Positions 51,190 to 64,000 of a stretch of 64,000 nucleotides of DNA are shown here, piece after piece. How positions within the stretch are numbered: the stretch's first letter is position 1; the number at the start of each line of letters is the position of its first letter. The notes under the pieces are model-generated. The model searched no databases and was not told the origin of the DNA. It saw only the letters and a list, made by a program, of their open reading frames with translations. The translations under genes and the position numbers were made by a program. Source of the DNA: Octopus sinensis (lineage: Eukaryota); the NCBI RefSeq assembly GCF_006345805.1, contig NC_043011.1:36592464-36656463 (forward strand), read 5' to 3'.

Positions 51190-52010
51190 TATATATATAA
51201 TATATATATATATATATTTATAAAACAAGCACATGCCTATATAGAAATACTTACACACATACATACACGCACACTCACGCGCACACACACAGATAGAAAT
51301 ACATATATAAGGAACATATGCACATATAATTATATAAGAAACAAACATAATACTGAAGAAACGCACACACATACACACACAGAGATAGATACACATATAT
51401 TAAGAACATACACCACATATATACATAAAGAACAAACACATGTATATTTAAGAAACACACACACATACATACACACACAAATCAGTCACACGCATACACA
51501 CACAGAGATAGATACACATATATTAAGAACATACGCACACGCACACATATAAATAAAGCACAAACGCATGTATATTTAAGAAACACACACACATACACAC
51601 ACAAATTAGTCACACACACACGAATAGATACACATATTAAGAACATACGCACACGCACACGCACACACATATAAATAAAGCACAAACTCGTGTATATTTA
51701 AGAAACACACACACAAATCAGTCACACACACAGATAGATACACATATTAAGAACATACGCACACGCACACACACACATATATATAAAGCACAAACTCGTG
51801 TATATTTAAGAAACACACACACAAATCAGTCACACACACAGATAGATACACATATTAAGAACATACGCACACGCACACACACACATATATATAAAGCACA
51901 AACGCGTGTATGCTTAGGAAACACACACACACATACATACACACACGCATACACACACGCATACACACACATATATAACGAATGCACATGCATATTTATT
52001 AAGAACGCAT
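51190..52010. repeat. CA-rich higher-order minisatellite (units of about 110-120 bp)
   Basis: AAATCAGTCACAC..GATAGATACACATATTAAGAACATACGCAC..TATATTTAAGAAACAC recurs about 5 times. Confidence 0.85.
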
Positions 52011-52334
52011 ACACAAACTTCTATATTCAAGAAGACATACAGCCAATGTGCTATGTATGATTTTTGAAATAACTTCGTTGTGGTAAGATTTAATAAAATA
52101 ATTAACGTGGTCATTATTAAGTTAAGGTTAACATATCTAATGGAAGAAGAATCAACTTGTTAATTAGAAACCAAATGAGCTAAATGAAAAATAGATAATT
52201 AACTAACGATTGCTTCTATGCTTACTCAGAACAAGGCAGTCTCAAACACAATATACAATCAGCAGTTTTTTATGCAGAAATTTCAAATATATATGTTTAT
52301 CTTTTTTCTTAGTTTAACAACTGTTGTTTTACAC

Positions 52335-52426
<92 letters not shown>

Positions 52427-52479
52427 GTGTGGTGTGTGTGTATGTGTGTGTGTGTTTATATGTATGTTTGCGTGTCTGT

Positions 52480-52670
52480 GTTTGTCCCCCAACATCGCCT
52501 GGCAACCGATTCTGGTGTGTTTATTGCCCAGTTACTTAGCGGTTCGGCAAAAGAACCGATAGAATAAGTACTAGGCTGACAAAGAATAAGTCCTGACGTC
52601 GATTTCTTCGACTAAATGCGGTGCTCCAGCATGGCCACAGTCGAATGACTGAAACAGATAAAAGAGTTAG
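52480..52670 (+). mobile_element. SINE family B tail
   Basis: TGTTTGTCCCC..CAGCATGGCCACAGTCGAATGACTGAAAC. Confidence 0.8.
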
Positions 52671-52740
52671 AGTACGGTTTTCATTTCTTCATAACATTCG
52701 AAATTGTCTTTTTTTTTATATCAACAGTTCCCCCCTGATG

Positions 52741-52844
52741 TAGTAAAGACTGTTTGCCAACATAACATGGCAGTCCTGGTTTAGGACTAACGTTGCGGTC
52801 CTAAACCAGGACTGCCATGCTATGTTGGCAAACAGTCTTTTCTA
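52741..52844. repeat. Foldback, arms of about 47 bp
   Basis: AAAGACTGTTTGCCAACATAACATGGCAGTCCTGGTTTAGGAC / GTCCTAAACCAGGACTGCCATGCTATGTTGGCAAACAGTCTTT. Confidence 0.9.
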
Positions 52845-54078
52845 CAAAGTACTGTTACTGAATATCTCAATTTGTGAGATTTAAAAATAGTAATTTTCTA
52901 ATTCCTCCTGATGTTATTCTCGTTGTTGCTGGCATTGCTATAATTCGTATACATTCGTTGAACTAAAACAATTCTCTTGCATCGTTAATATATATATCTT
53001 CGAAGGACTTTTCATTCTCTCTGGCAAGTAGCATTGCTTCTTGACAAAGCTACAACTGGGACTACATACAACATTTGACACTGAACAATGTCAAGCACCT
53101 TATGCATTTCATGTACTTTCTCAGCTTACATTCTCAGTTAACCAACAAAATTAGCTACTGTTCTCCGTTCTATACCCGTCATCCCCGCCAGTACCCTTCC
53201 AGTCAATTATAAATTACTTCTATTTATTACAGACAGCGGGTCTATCTTGAATCTTTCTTTATTCCCTTGGTAATATGCATAAACCGTAACAGTGAAAATC
53301 TATTCAGGTCTCCTGCCAGTATGTCATGTCACTGAGCTGAGATCAAGTGAATGCCGAAGCATTAACCAGCTCAAATTTCATTTCCCACCTGATTTGCTTC
53401 AACTTAGTCCAGAGGAATTTTCTTAATGTTCTATATTATTAGTGCATTGACCCCCCACCCCATCTCCTCCTCGTCCTCCTCCTCCTCCTCCTCCACTTCC
53501 TCCGCCTCTTTCTCCTCCTCCTCATCGCTTCTCTCCATCGCAGTGTCTCTGTCTTTCTATTGCCTTTCCTTATTTTGGCTCATTTTCTAATCATATTCTG
53601 CATAGATACAATTGCTGCACCAAATATACTACACAGTTCTTGGGTATTATAGAATTTATTTTGCAGAAGCATAAATATTTCAGTAATAAATATATCCAGT
53701 ACTCATAAACACATGCACACACATATCATATTCACAGACACACACATATATATATGTGTATGTTGTGTGTGTGTGTGTGTGTATGTGTGTGTATGTATAC
53801 ATGTATGTTCATATATATATGTATGTTTGTATGTTTGTATATATGTATGCATGTCTATATACATATGTACATGTATGTATACATGTACGTATATCTTCAT
53901 TTCTATTTATTACACAATCATATAGCAGTAAAATAACAAAATGAATGGCATTATATACACACATACACATTCATATACACATAAATAGACAAGTATATAT
54001 ATATATATATATCTCTATATGATCATATATGCACACACAACCATATATACTTACATATATACATGCACACTCATATGC

Positions 54079-54110
<32 letters not shown>

Positions 54111-55481
54111 GCATAAAACTACACTGACATACACACATACAAACACCGCTCGTATGTATCCTACTACTAGACTCTGTTTGATATGTTACCATACGTTGCT
54201 TAAAAAATATGTAAGAACTTCATAGATATATATTAAAGCAGCACGCATAAGTACTTTTCAAAACGATGAGGGAAAAAATAATACAAAACATGTTTTATCA
54301 GAACCTTAAGCTAAAATAATAAAGAAAATTACTTGCGCAATATATAGACTTTATCATTATGTAGGTATTAACTACACGACATTTACATGAACAATCAGAA
54401 AATCAAATAAATCTATGAAAAATGAAAGAAAGAAACACAAACAGTAAGAATGAATTTAAACAAGGTAAATAACCAGCGAATAAAAAAAAAAATATTAGCA
54501 AAAACATGATATATGGTAATAAAATATTTTTGTACTTTATGTTATGAACTTACAACATAACACTAACTGTCTCAACTAAATAGTATACGACTATAATACA
54601 AGAGGATAATTCTTGTATTTGTAAACACATGTTGGAAATTTTGAGGGTGAGGGTTAGTTTTATTACATGAACCACCAGTTTTTAATTGATATTTATTTAT
54701 CGACCCCAAAAGGATGAAAGGCAGAGCGGACTTTAGGTGAAATTGTATTCAAAACATAAAGAGACAATGGATACCAGTAAGCATTTTGTCCAATAAACTA
54801 ACGATTCGGCCTATCGGCCATCTTTTGTTGCAAGATAATAGGACAAGAAACCCTCTGAACCAGCCACATTCTCTTGTCATGATTCTTTTACTGTTGACAG
54901 CCGATGTTGGTGTATTTGCATCCCTGTAACTTAGCACTTCAGTGAAAGAGAACGATGGAATAGATATTAGGTTTATAAAGTAGTGTTAGGATCGATTCAT
55001 TCAACTAAAAATTCAAGGTGGTGCCCCAGCATGGCCGCAGTCTGATAACTGAAACGAGTAATCTTGGATATTATTGTTATTGTTGTGTAATCACCTACCT
55101 CCCAGATTGCTGTTGATTAGTCTAATGTTATCTCTGATCATGCAGACCTATGACAGGATGGCCACATCTAGACTGTCATAATCGCTCTTTCTTTTTTCCT
55201 ATATGTGAGAAAGCAAAGATGACATTATTCAGAAGTGTATCAACTTCAGCTAGGAATCTAAACATGCTCAAGATACACACTTTATTATTTAAACTGGCTA
55301 TATTGGGCCTTTCACACATACCATACAATACCAGTCTAAAAATATAGTATCACATCAATGAAATCTCAAAGCTACCAGATAATGCATGAGTAATTCAAAC
55401 CAACTTGAATAAATAAACATTATGTTTGACACGTTAATCGGAATGCTAAAGTGATAAGACAGTCTAAAACAGTATTTATAC

Positions 55482-55750
55482 GGGCATATGGCGTAGTGGT
55501 TAAGAGTGTGTGCTACTAACCCCAAGATTCCGAGTTCGATACCAGGCTGTGACCTGAATAGTAATAATAATAATAACATCAAAAAATACTTTAGGAATGG
55601 GAACACAGGTTCGAAATTTTCCCAAGACACCTGATGAAGGCTGGAGAGTATATCAGCCGAAACGTTGGGCTAACAACAAACGAGATGAGGAGAAATACCC
55701 GTCAAATGTAAATAATGTACTTAATTCCTCATCTCTTAAATATAGAACTG
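55482..55750 (+). mobile_element. tRNA-headed SINE-like element carrying a hammerhead ribozyme motif
   Basis: A box TGGCGTAGTGG, loop CTACTAA, B box GAGTTCGATAC, (AAT)n linker, hammerhead 55627-55670, hairpin GAGATGAGGA/TCCTCATCTC. Confidence 0.7.
55627..55670 (+). ncRNA. Minimal type I hammerhead motif
   Basis: ACAC-CUGAUGA-A-GGCUG gagaguauau CAGCC-GAAA-CG-UU|GGGC; palindromic AACGUU stem III; stem I has 2 of 4 mismatches in this copy. Confidence 0.65.
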
Positions 55751-55939
55751 TAAAACATTATTATTGAACAGAAGAATACTACTTATATTTGTTATGATTT
55801 CGGGGCTATTGACAGTTAAATGTTGCTTTATACCAGTTGAATTTTCCAAGTATCATCTGTTACAGTTCTTGCCCAGAGGATACAAATTCAAAATTCTGTA
55901 AATGCTACTTCAATGCATCAATATTTTCATTAAGGTGAA

Positions 55940-56590
55940 AGCGGCGAGCTGACAGAAATGTTATCACGCTGGGCGATATGGTATTTCGTCTGTCTTAGGG
56001 TCAGAGTTCAAATTCCAAAGAGGTCAACTTCGACTTTCATCCTTTCGGGGCCGATAAATTAAGTACCAGTTGTGTGCTGAAGTCGATCTAATCGACTGGT
56101 CCCCTCCTCAAAAATTTCGGGCCTTATGCCTAGAGTAGAAAAGAAAAAGGAGGTGAGCTGGGAGAAGCGTTAGCAGACCGGGTGAAATGCTTAGCGATAT
56201 TTCGTCTGTCTTTATGTTCTGAGTTGAAATTCTTTCGAGATCGACTTTGCCTTTCATCTTTTCAGGGTCGATAAATTAAGTACCAGTTGCATACTGGAGT
56301 CGATCTAATTATCTGTGCTCCTCCCCCAAAATTTTGGGCCTTGTGCCTAGAGTAGAAAATATTATAGTAAGACGACGAGCTGGCAGACACGTTAGCACGC
56401 CAGACGAAATGCTTAGAGGTATTTCGTCTACCGTTACTATCTGAGTTCAAATTCCGCCGAGGTCGACTTTGCCTTTCATCCTTTCGGGGTCGATTAAATA
56501 AGTACCAGTTACGCACTGGGGTCGATATAATTAACTGTGCCCCTTCCTACCCCAAAATTTCGGGCCTTGTGCGTAGAGTAGAAAAGAAAA
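55940..56590 (+). mobile_element. SINE family A array with tail variant 2 (3 units)
   Basis: Each unit ends CCCC..AAAATTT.GGGCCTT.TGC.TAGAGTAGAAAA. Confidence 0.85.
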
Positions 56591-56639
56591 GAATACTTTT
56601 ATTAAGGTTCTTATTTGCAAGTTTATTTATCTTTTGTCT

Positions 56640-57565
56640 TTTCTTTTACTTGTTTCAGTTATCAGACTGTGACCATGCTGGAGCACCTCCTTGAATTTTT
56701 AGTCGAATGAATCGATGCCAGTACACCTTTACAAGCCTAGTACTTATTCTTTCACTAAAGTGCTAAGTTACAGGGATGCAAACACCCTAACACCGGTTGT
56801 CAAACATTGGTGGGGGTGGGGGTAAAACACAGCGAGAAAGGCACAAACACATACATATACATACATCAGTTTCTGTCTAACAAATCCATTCATAAGGTTT
56901 TGGTCAGCCCAAGGCTATAGTAGAAAATACTTGTCCATGGTACCATGTCGTGGGACTGAACCCGGAATCATGTTTTCAGGAAGCAAATTTCTTACCACAC
57001 AGCCACACACACCAAGAATTAAAAATTAATGTCAAAATTTGGTACAAGGCCAGCAATTTCTGGAGATGGGGTAAGTCGATTACATCGACCCCAGGGCTAA
57101 ACTGGTACTAATTTTATCGACTCCGATAGGATGAAAGGCAAAGTCTACCTTGGTGGAATCTGAACTCAGAACATAAAGACAACCGAAATGTCATTTTTTC
57201 CTTCATTTCTTTTATTTGTTTCAGTCATTTGACTGCGGCCATGCTGGAGCATCGCCTTTAGCCGAGCAAATCGACCCCAGGACTTATTCTTTGTAAGTCT
57301 AGTACTTATTCTATCGGTCTCTTTTGCCGAACCGCTAAGTGACCGGGGCGTAAACACATCAGCATCGGTTGTCAAGCGATGTTGAGGGAGGACAATCACA
57401 GACACAGAAGCATATACATACATATATATACACGACGGGCTTCTTTCAGTTTCCGTCTACCAAATCCACTCACAAGGCTTTGGTCGGCCCGAGGCGGCCC
57501 AAGGTGCCATGCAGTGGGACTGAACTCGGAGCCATGTGGTTGGTAAGCAAGCTACTTACCACCAC
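56640..57565 (-). mobile_element. SINE cluster: family B, family A fragment, family B
   Basis: B at about 56640-57005, A at about 57030-57180, B at about 57205-57565. Confidence 0.8.
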
Positions 57566-58452
57566 ACTAAGCATTTTGTCCAGCGTGGTAGTGATGCAGC
57601 CAGCTTGCTGCCTTGTCCAAGAATTAAATAATAATTATGGCATTGTCGGGAGAATGAAATATTTCCTGATATGTTCAAAATCCTTTCAAGATTAATGAGA
57701 TATTTATACATAGACCCTGCTCCATATGGTAGTCCCAGGACTAAAAATGGAATGTGTATTCACATATTGATCATTAATCAATCTGAACACAACACATCAC
57801 CAATCACACTGTAGGACACCTGGAAATATACCGATAGTCATGCTGGACATTGTTGAAGAAACCATCCATATAATTACAAGACCTGTCTCCTTCCTGGCCT
57901 CAAGATACGCAAATGCCATTCTGCCTATTTCTGTATTCCCATCACAATTGCTTATTCAAACATCATGCACAAAGCATCTGCTGTTCTGTCATTTCCTGGG
58001 TATTGAGACTCAATAGCATCAGTTACCATTCTTTGAGAGAGGCCGAACACAAAACTGTTTGTCTCTTCTTTAAAAGTGCTTCTGTCCACGATTTCTTTGT
58101 GACTTTAAGCATTTGTGAAGCATTTACAATGAAATTTATTCATTTGTCCTTACTTGTTGCTGGGTCTGCTGGTATGCTTTGTGATATTATTCAACTGTGG
58201 ATAATTCATGTCTATTCTTGGTAAATATCAAGAAATCAACAAAATTCTTTATACATACATAAATACATACATATGCACATGCATATATACATATACATAC
58301 ATACATACCTATATATATATATACATATATATATATAAACCACACAAATATACGCATACTTGTTAAACACGTTACACACATATAATATACATATCCCTAC
58401 TACATATATACATATGTATATACATGCACACATCTCTCCTTCTCTCTCTCCC

Positions 58453-58490
<38 letters not shown>

Positions 58491-58516
58491 CATAGATGCA
58501 TACATCTCTATTTCCT

Positions 58517-58539
<23 letters not shown>

Positions 58540-58552
<13 letters not shown>

Positions 58553-59221
58553 CATAGAGAGAGAGAGAGAGCTAGAAAGAGTGAAGGAGAGACAGCGGAA
58601 GGGAGAGAGAAAGAGAGACATATAGATAGATGCATACATACATATATACCAAAGGTAAGTTATATAGGCATATTTGTGTGTTGTACATATAAACACATGC
58701 ACATTAGTACGCACACACTCACATATATATACACACACATATATACACACACATATATATATATATATGTGTGTATATATATATATGTATATATATGTAT
58801 ATATATGTATATATATGTATATATATACACACACACACGTACATTTCAACCTTCCTGTACAAAGTATCATAACTTTTGCTCATTGATTTCTGCTGTTCAC
58901 AAATGAAAATAAAATATTAAAATAAAATAAAATAAAATGAAATAAGGAAAGAAAAAAAAAGGAGGAAGGAAAACAATTCTCATAGTTATCTTTGTTTGTA
59001 AAAGAAAAAGGAAACCAGAAACAGAAACAAAACCCCCCAAAAAACAAACAAAAAATATATGAAGTGAATGAATAAAGAACACAAAAATTACTTATAGAAC
59101 ATAAAACATTATAATCATGCATAATACTTCAGCTCGCAGCATTTACTAAGAGAAAACAGTATGGGAATATGCTGCAGCGTATATATATATATATTATATA
59201 TATATATATACTATATTTAAA

Positions 59222-59258
<37 letters not shown>

Positions 59259-59901
59259 GAGAGAGAGAGAGAGCTAGAAAGAGTGAAGGAGAGACAGCGG
59301 AAGGGAGAGAGAAAGAGAGACATATAGATAGATGCATACATACATATATACCAAAGGTAAGTTATATAGGCATATTTGTGTGTTGTACATATAAACACAT
59401 GCACATTAGTACGCACACACTCACATATATATACACACACATATATACACACATATATGTGTGTGTATATATAAATGCATATATGTATATATTTGTATAT
59501 ATTTGTATATACACACACACACGTACATTTCAACCTTCCTGTACAAAGTATCATAACTTTTGCTCATTGATTTCTGCTGTTCACAAATGAAAATAAAATA
59601 TTAAAATAAAATAAAATGAAATAAGGAAAGAAAAAAAAAGGAGGAAGGAAAACAATTCTCATAGTTATCTTTGTTTGTAAAAGAAAAAGGAAACCAGAAA
59701 CAGAAACAAAACCCCCCAAAAAACAAACAAAAAATATATGAAGTGAATGAATAAAGAACACAAAAATTACTTATAGAACATAAAACATTATAATCATGCA
59801 TAATACTTCAGCTCGCAGCATTTACTAAGAGAAAACAGTATGGGAATATGCTGCAGCGTATATATATATATAATATATATATATATATACTATATTTAAA
59901 G

Positions 59902-59910
<9 letters not shown>
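58540..59910. repeat. Tandem duplication of about 680-700 bp
   Basis: GCTAGAAAGAGTGAAGGAGAGACAG..ATAATACTTC occurs twice, and AGCTCGCAGCATTTACTAAG occurs at about 59131 and 59810; copies differ mainly in microsatellite length. Confidence 0.9.
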
Positions 59911-59992
<82 letters not shown>

Positions 59993-60007
59993 ATATGTAT
60001 ATATATG

Positions 60008-60150
<143 letters not shown>

Positions 60151-60912
60151 CATACACATATGTATATATGTGTGTCTGTCTGCGTGTGATTATGAATAGG
60201 TTTGTGTTAGTGTTTGTGCATGAGACTAATCAAGGAAGCAGTCAGCCAAGAGGAGTTTTATCAAGAAAAAAATAAATACCTATAGATAATCATTGATTTT
60301 TAAGGAAAAAATAATATGAAAAAAAAATTAATAAAAGATCGATATTTAATAGCACTGAAAAAATGAATATTTATATGTGAGTATGTGGGTGTGTGTATAC
60401 ACATGTGCATGTGTGTTGTATGTAGTCACTGTGTGTATGTGCTTGTGTGTGTATGTGTGTGTGTCTGTGTGCGCCTGTGTATGCATATGCATGTGCATTT
60501 GTGTTCGTATTTGTATATGCATGTGTTTATGTTGTATGCATTTACTAGGTGTAAGTGTGAGTTTGTGTGCGTGTATATGTGTGTATGCTGTATGCATTTA
60601 CTGTGTGTAAGTGTGTATATGTGAGTTTGTGTGTGTATGTGTGTGTGTGCATATGTACGTTGAAGACATTTCTTGTTTGTGTGTGTATTTGTTTCTGTGA
60701 CTGTTTGTGTGTCTTTGTGTGCATGTGTGTGCCTGCATGTGCATGTGTATAATGGATGTGTGTGTGTGTGCATGTGTTGAGTGTATGTGCAGGTTGGAAT
60801 GTCGTGTTTACTGTGTGTGCGTAAGCATGTATCTGCACACGTCAGCACATGCTTGCATGTATGTGTGTATGAGTGTGTGAGGAAGAGAAGTAAGCGAATG
60901 AGAAAAAATGAG

Positions 60913-60945
<33 letters not shown>

Positions 60946-61359
60946 GAATAAAAAGAGAGAGAGAAAGGAAGAAAATGCGAGAAAGAGATGTTGCTTGAAG
61001 CTTGGATCTGGTGATTTTTAAGGTAAATATAAAAAAATGTAAATTAAAATAAATAAAAAAAAATAAATTACACGAAATGAAAAACAAAAATTTAAAAATA
61101 TGGAATAGTCAGTCAGTAAACAAAAACACAACAATAAAAAAAATGGAACACAGACCAAAAAAAGAAGCCCCCACAATAACCAGCAAAAAATACAAACAAA
61201 ATTATGCTGCCATATTTAATGAGGAAGACACGTTATCAGATGCTAATTTGTCAAAGGACTACCGGACTTGAACTGTATCATATGCTCGGTGGAAGAAGAA
61301 GAACAACAACAACAACAAAAAGCCTTATAATGTTGATAGTGATGATGATGAGGAGGATT

Positions 61360-61412
<53 letters not shown>

Positions 61413-61439
61413 TGTTGAAAACTACTACTACTACAAATA

Positions 61440-61474
<35 letters not shown>

Positions 61475-61499
61475 ATTAATAATAATAATAATAATCATA

Positions 61500-63039
61500 A
61501 CCTATCCTGTTTGCCACTTATGTGGAAATTATTGACTGGAATACTCGCAGAGTCAATGTACGAATATCTAGAAAAAAAATGGAGAAGTGTAAGTGCTGAG
61601 GGACCAAGGATCAACTCCTGATAGATAAAACTACTCAGAGACTGCAAGAGGAGGAACAGTAACTTAGCCATGTCATGGATCGACTATCGTCAGGTGTACA
61701 ATTTGATCTCACATTCTTGGATTATAGAGTGTATGAGCCTGTTTGGGATTGCATCGAATGTTGAGCAATTGCTTGGAAAAAGTATGGCGAATTGGAGGAC
61801 GGACCTGACAGCACACGGAAGAAGTTTAGAGACAGTAGAAATTAGGAGGGGCATCTTCCAAGGGGACTGCCTGTCGCCACTGATCTTTGTACTGTGCTTG
61901 ATACCACTAACACTGATTCTGAGTAAAGCAAAGGCTGGGTATGTATTGAAAAGCCGCCAACAAAAAGTCAACCATTTGTTATTCATGGATGACTTCAAAC
62001 TTTATAGTAAAGATGAAGTCCAAGTCAGTTCCCTCGTTAATACGGTGTATACCTTCAGTGCTGGTATCAGAATGGAGTTTGGGCTGAGAAAGTGTGGTGT
62101 GTTAGTCTTGAAGAGAGGCAAAATCGAATGTATGGACGGGCTAACGTTACAGTCGGAGGAGGTTATGAATCAGATAGCAGAGACTTGGGAATTATGGAAA
62201 TGGATAAATTGATAGAGAAAGAAGTGACAGAAAAGGTGGAGTACTTGCGCAGACTGAGACTGATCCTTAAGCCGAAATTAAACAGACGGAATGCGATCGA
62301 AGCTATCAACACCATGGCAGTTTCACTCCTTAGATATGGAGTAGGGTTAATCACATGGATAGTAGACGAACTAAACATCTTAGACAGAAAGACAGGGAAG
62401 TTGCCAACTAGATATGGGTCACTCCACCCAAAAAGGACACCATGCAAAGAACGCCACTGCCCAGAAGGAATATAAGAGACGTCACGACAATATAGCCAGG
62501 CTTATCCATTGGACACTTTGCAACAAGTATGGACTTGGCAGAGCAAAAAATTAATACGGCTACAAACCTGAAGGCATTGTCGAAAATAGAAATGCAAAGA
62601 TCCTATGGGATTTTATAATTGAGTGCGACCATGAGATTGAGAATAGGAATCCGGACATAGTCTTAATTGAGAAAGAAAACAAACTATGCTGGATCATAGA
62701 TATAGCATGCGCAGCTGACAACAAGGTATGCGATAAGGAAGAAAGAAAAGTCGTGAGATATAGCAGGTTATCTTGGGAAGTTAAGCAGTTGTGGTCGATG
62801 AAAAAGGTGGTAGTAGTACCAATAATTGTCGGAACCCAGGGAACAGTGAGTCAAAATCTCGAGAAGTACGTGGAACAAAAAGGGGTTGCAATAAGGATGG
62901 AGCATTTACAGAGAACCACTGCATGGAACCGCTCGAATACTCCGGAAGGTGCTCGAAAATTAGGGGTGTTAGTTTAGTTCACTGGTAGTGAACAGCTGAC
63001 ACTGTAGTACATCTCCAGCATTACAAGCTGTGCAAAGGC
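61500..63039 (+). mobile_element. 5'-truncated R4/Dong-clade LINE (RT plus RLE), decayed
   Basis: SCLPLMWKLLTGI, WIDYRQVYN, RRGIFQGDCLSPLIF, NHLLFMDDFKLY; then HDNIAR.IHW.LC, KILWDF, NPDIV, IIDIAC, VVPIIVG; (AAT)n on both sides. Confidence 0.9.
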
Positions 63040-63085
63040 AATGATGATGATGATGATGATAATAATAATAATAATAATAATGATG

Positions 63086-63114
<29 letters not shown>

Positions 63115-63119
<5 letters not shown>

Positions 63120-64000
63120 GAACACCGGGGACGTTTAAGATGTAAGAAGGAAAATACAGAGCTCCGAAATCTATCTACAAACATCGAAAACAAGGACACC
63201 CTATGGAGCCAAAGATTTACTAACAAAGAATTGGACTATATCCGAGTAAGTAATACTAATTGAAATTTATTACTATTTTCGAAACGAAATGATGTATTTT
63301 GACTCGATATTATCTCCACCTCTAACACAACACATGTAAACATGCGTGGAACAACACGATCATCCCCGACCTCAAACACCATGTACAAAGGAACTACGAA
63401 GAAATTAAATGCCACCGATACTATTCAACCCAAGAATAACAATCGAGCGGTACGTACATTAAACCTACAACAAAAAATGTACGAAAAACTACACGTGCGA
63501 AATAATGTGACAACAGAAATAAACGGACCGGTACCCTACGAAAATGACAACCGTCAAAATAATGGGCCGGACGTTGTACCTCAAAAGACGTAAATGGACA
63601 CGTGAGGAATACATTTCTATCTTACACGCATACTTCACAGCAATGCTCTACCCACAAAATGAAAATACAACACATACATATAAAATATGGAAGGAAAATA
63701 ATAGAGATATAGACTTGGATACAGCAAGAAACAATAAATCATATTATCTCTAGCTGCCCAAGAAACAATAAATCATATTATCTCTAGCTGCCCAAGAAAC
63801 AATAAATCATATTATCTCTAGCTGCCCAGTCCTGGCTAAGAAGGAATATATTCACAGACATGACAGAGTTGGAACCTACATACATTGGAAGCTATGCCAA
63901 CATTATGGAATAACAACAGAAAAAAGATGGTATAGGCATACACCAGAAAAGGTCACAGAAAACGAGAAAGCAACCATACTCTGGGATATGCCGATACACA
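63115..64000 (+). mobile_element. R4/Dong-clade element with the RT region deleted (continues past the window)
   Basis: N-terminal KRRKWTREEY block joins directly to ETINHIISSCPVLAKKEYIHRHDRVGTYIHWKLC..ATILWDMP; 3 x 34 bp repeat at the junction. Confidence 0.8.

Noticed and set aside
55482-55556. Possible real tRNA gene (also 8984, 15250 and 40240)
   Set aside because: Acceptor and anticodon stems are imperfect and each continues into a repeat body; these are SINE heads.
58154-58216. Possible 63 nt minus-strand exon (AG|..IDMNYPQLNNITKHTSRPSN..|GTAAGG)
   Set aside because: Splice signals are only moderate, the peptide is unrecognised, and there is no supporting neighbour exon.

Overview
AT-rich, microsatellite-dense eukaryotic DNA, most likely from an octopus or other coleoid cephalopod (inferred from the tRNA-headed SINE families and repeat density; not verified). 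I cannot identify an intact host gene. Most ORFs in the track are by-products of (TA)n, (CA)n, (TATC)n and (GAT)n tracts. The window is a patchwork of retroelements and DNA transposons. It holds many copies of at least five SINE types, decayed LINEs (Tx1/L1, R4/Dong, RTE, CR1-like, Penelope), two mariner deletion derivatives, a Tc1 copy, a non-autonomous Helitron, and many foldback (inverted-repeat) elements. The most interesting layer is a set of minimal type I hammerhead-ribozyme motifs of the Penelope kind, in several unrelated short elements. One of these is a tRNA-headed (Pol III-type) SINE-like element at about 55.5 kb. All calls were made by eye, and most boundaries are approximate to about 10-30 bp.
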